Shown: positions 26,867 to 27,166 of the stretch, one piece after another
Layout of the letters: each line of letters opens with the position of its first letter
Position numbering within the stretch: the first letter of the stretch is position 1
IMG/VR virus record: IMGVR_UViG_3300027780_000059
Coordinates: 1-27,166 of that record
Length of the DNA: 27,166 nucleotides
Direction: 5' to 3' (one strand)
From: a virus
Taxonomy: Duplodnaviria; Caudoviricetes
Notes under the pieces: model-generated
Database searches by the model: none
Told to the model about the DNA's origin: nothing
The model's input: only the letters and a program-made list of their open reading frames with translations
Position numbers and translations under genes: made by a program

Positions 26867-26874
26867 CAAATATA
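26867..26874 (-). promoter_or_regulatory. Bacteroidota-type -7 promoter element TATATTTG
   Basis: TAnnTTTG match, intergenic, preceded by T7G, 28 nt before the ATG at 26838. Confidence 0.65.
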
Positions 26875-26904
26875 CAAAAAAAGATTTTATAATCTTTAAT
26901 GTTT

Positions 26905-27165
26905 TTATTCTACCGGAGGAACCGGTTCTCCAATAGTTAGGGTAATTGAAGTTGGGTTTATAAGGCTTTCTATCTGACTAGCTATACTAGCCTCAATAGA
27001 CGTAACCTGCTCTTCGCCCATCGCTGCTTGAGTCCACTCAACAACTATTTCATTAGTTAAGTCTTCAAATGGTATAAATGCACCTTCTGGATTCCAAGGC
27101 ACGTTTTGAGTACCGATATTAGTAGCTGAATAAGCTGAATCGTCTGGCTTTAACTCATCTGAAAC
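26905..27165 (-). CDS. C-terminal part of a small acidic phage protein of a type often found beside tail fibres (start lies outside the window)
   Basis: Frame is open to the window edge (VSDELKPDDSAYSATNIGTQNVPW...FIPFEDLTNEIVVEWTQAAMGEEQV). The GTG start in the ORF track is therefore probably internal. Confidence 0.7.
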   Translation of the reverse strand, partial: VSDELKPDDSAYSATNIGTQNVPWNPEGAFIPFEDLTNEIVVEWTQAAMGEEQVTSIEASIASQIESLINPTSITLTIGEPVPPVE

Positions 27166-27166
27166 A

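Noticed and set aside
1-27166. tRNA, intron, intein, diversity-generating retroelement, integrase or lysis genes
   Set aside because: Intergenic gaps are under about 100 nt and are explained by terminators and promoters. Terminase, portal and capsid genes appear uninterrupted. No reverse transcriptase or adenine-variant repeat pair was seen.

Overview
AT-rich, densely packed phage DNA with all credible genes on the minus strand. It is the virion morphogenesis region of a crAss-like (Crassvirales-related) podophage. A Bacteroidota, probably flavobacterial, host is inferred from TAnnTTTG promoter elements and A-rich leaders without Shine-Dalgarno sequences. Transcription order (right to left): fibre-associated small genes, tandem-GroES-like protein, SET-domain protein, putative small terminase, large terminase, portal, YadA-repeat fibre, acidic scaffold-like protein, major capsid protein, conserved 251-aa protein, three paralogous small structural genes, two tail ring proteins, a tail stabilisation (muzzle) gene that appears split around a Cys-module gene, a GNAT protein, and three probable ejected (internal virion) proteins, the last running off the left edge and missing from the ORF track. 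Most notable: (1) an A10 slippage-prone run in the last gene, followed by a segment open in all three frames whose alternative frames give cationic, aromatic tails; (2) the split muzzle gene; (3) a SET methyltransferase-like gene overlapping the packaging genes, plus a GNAT gene; (4) repeated terminator-promoter cassettes isolating the three paralogues. All protein calls come from motif recognition and gene order by eye; no searches were run.
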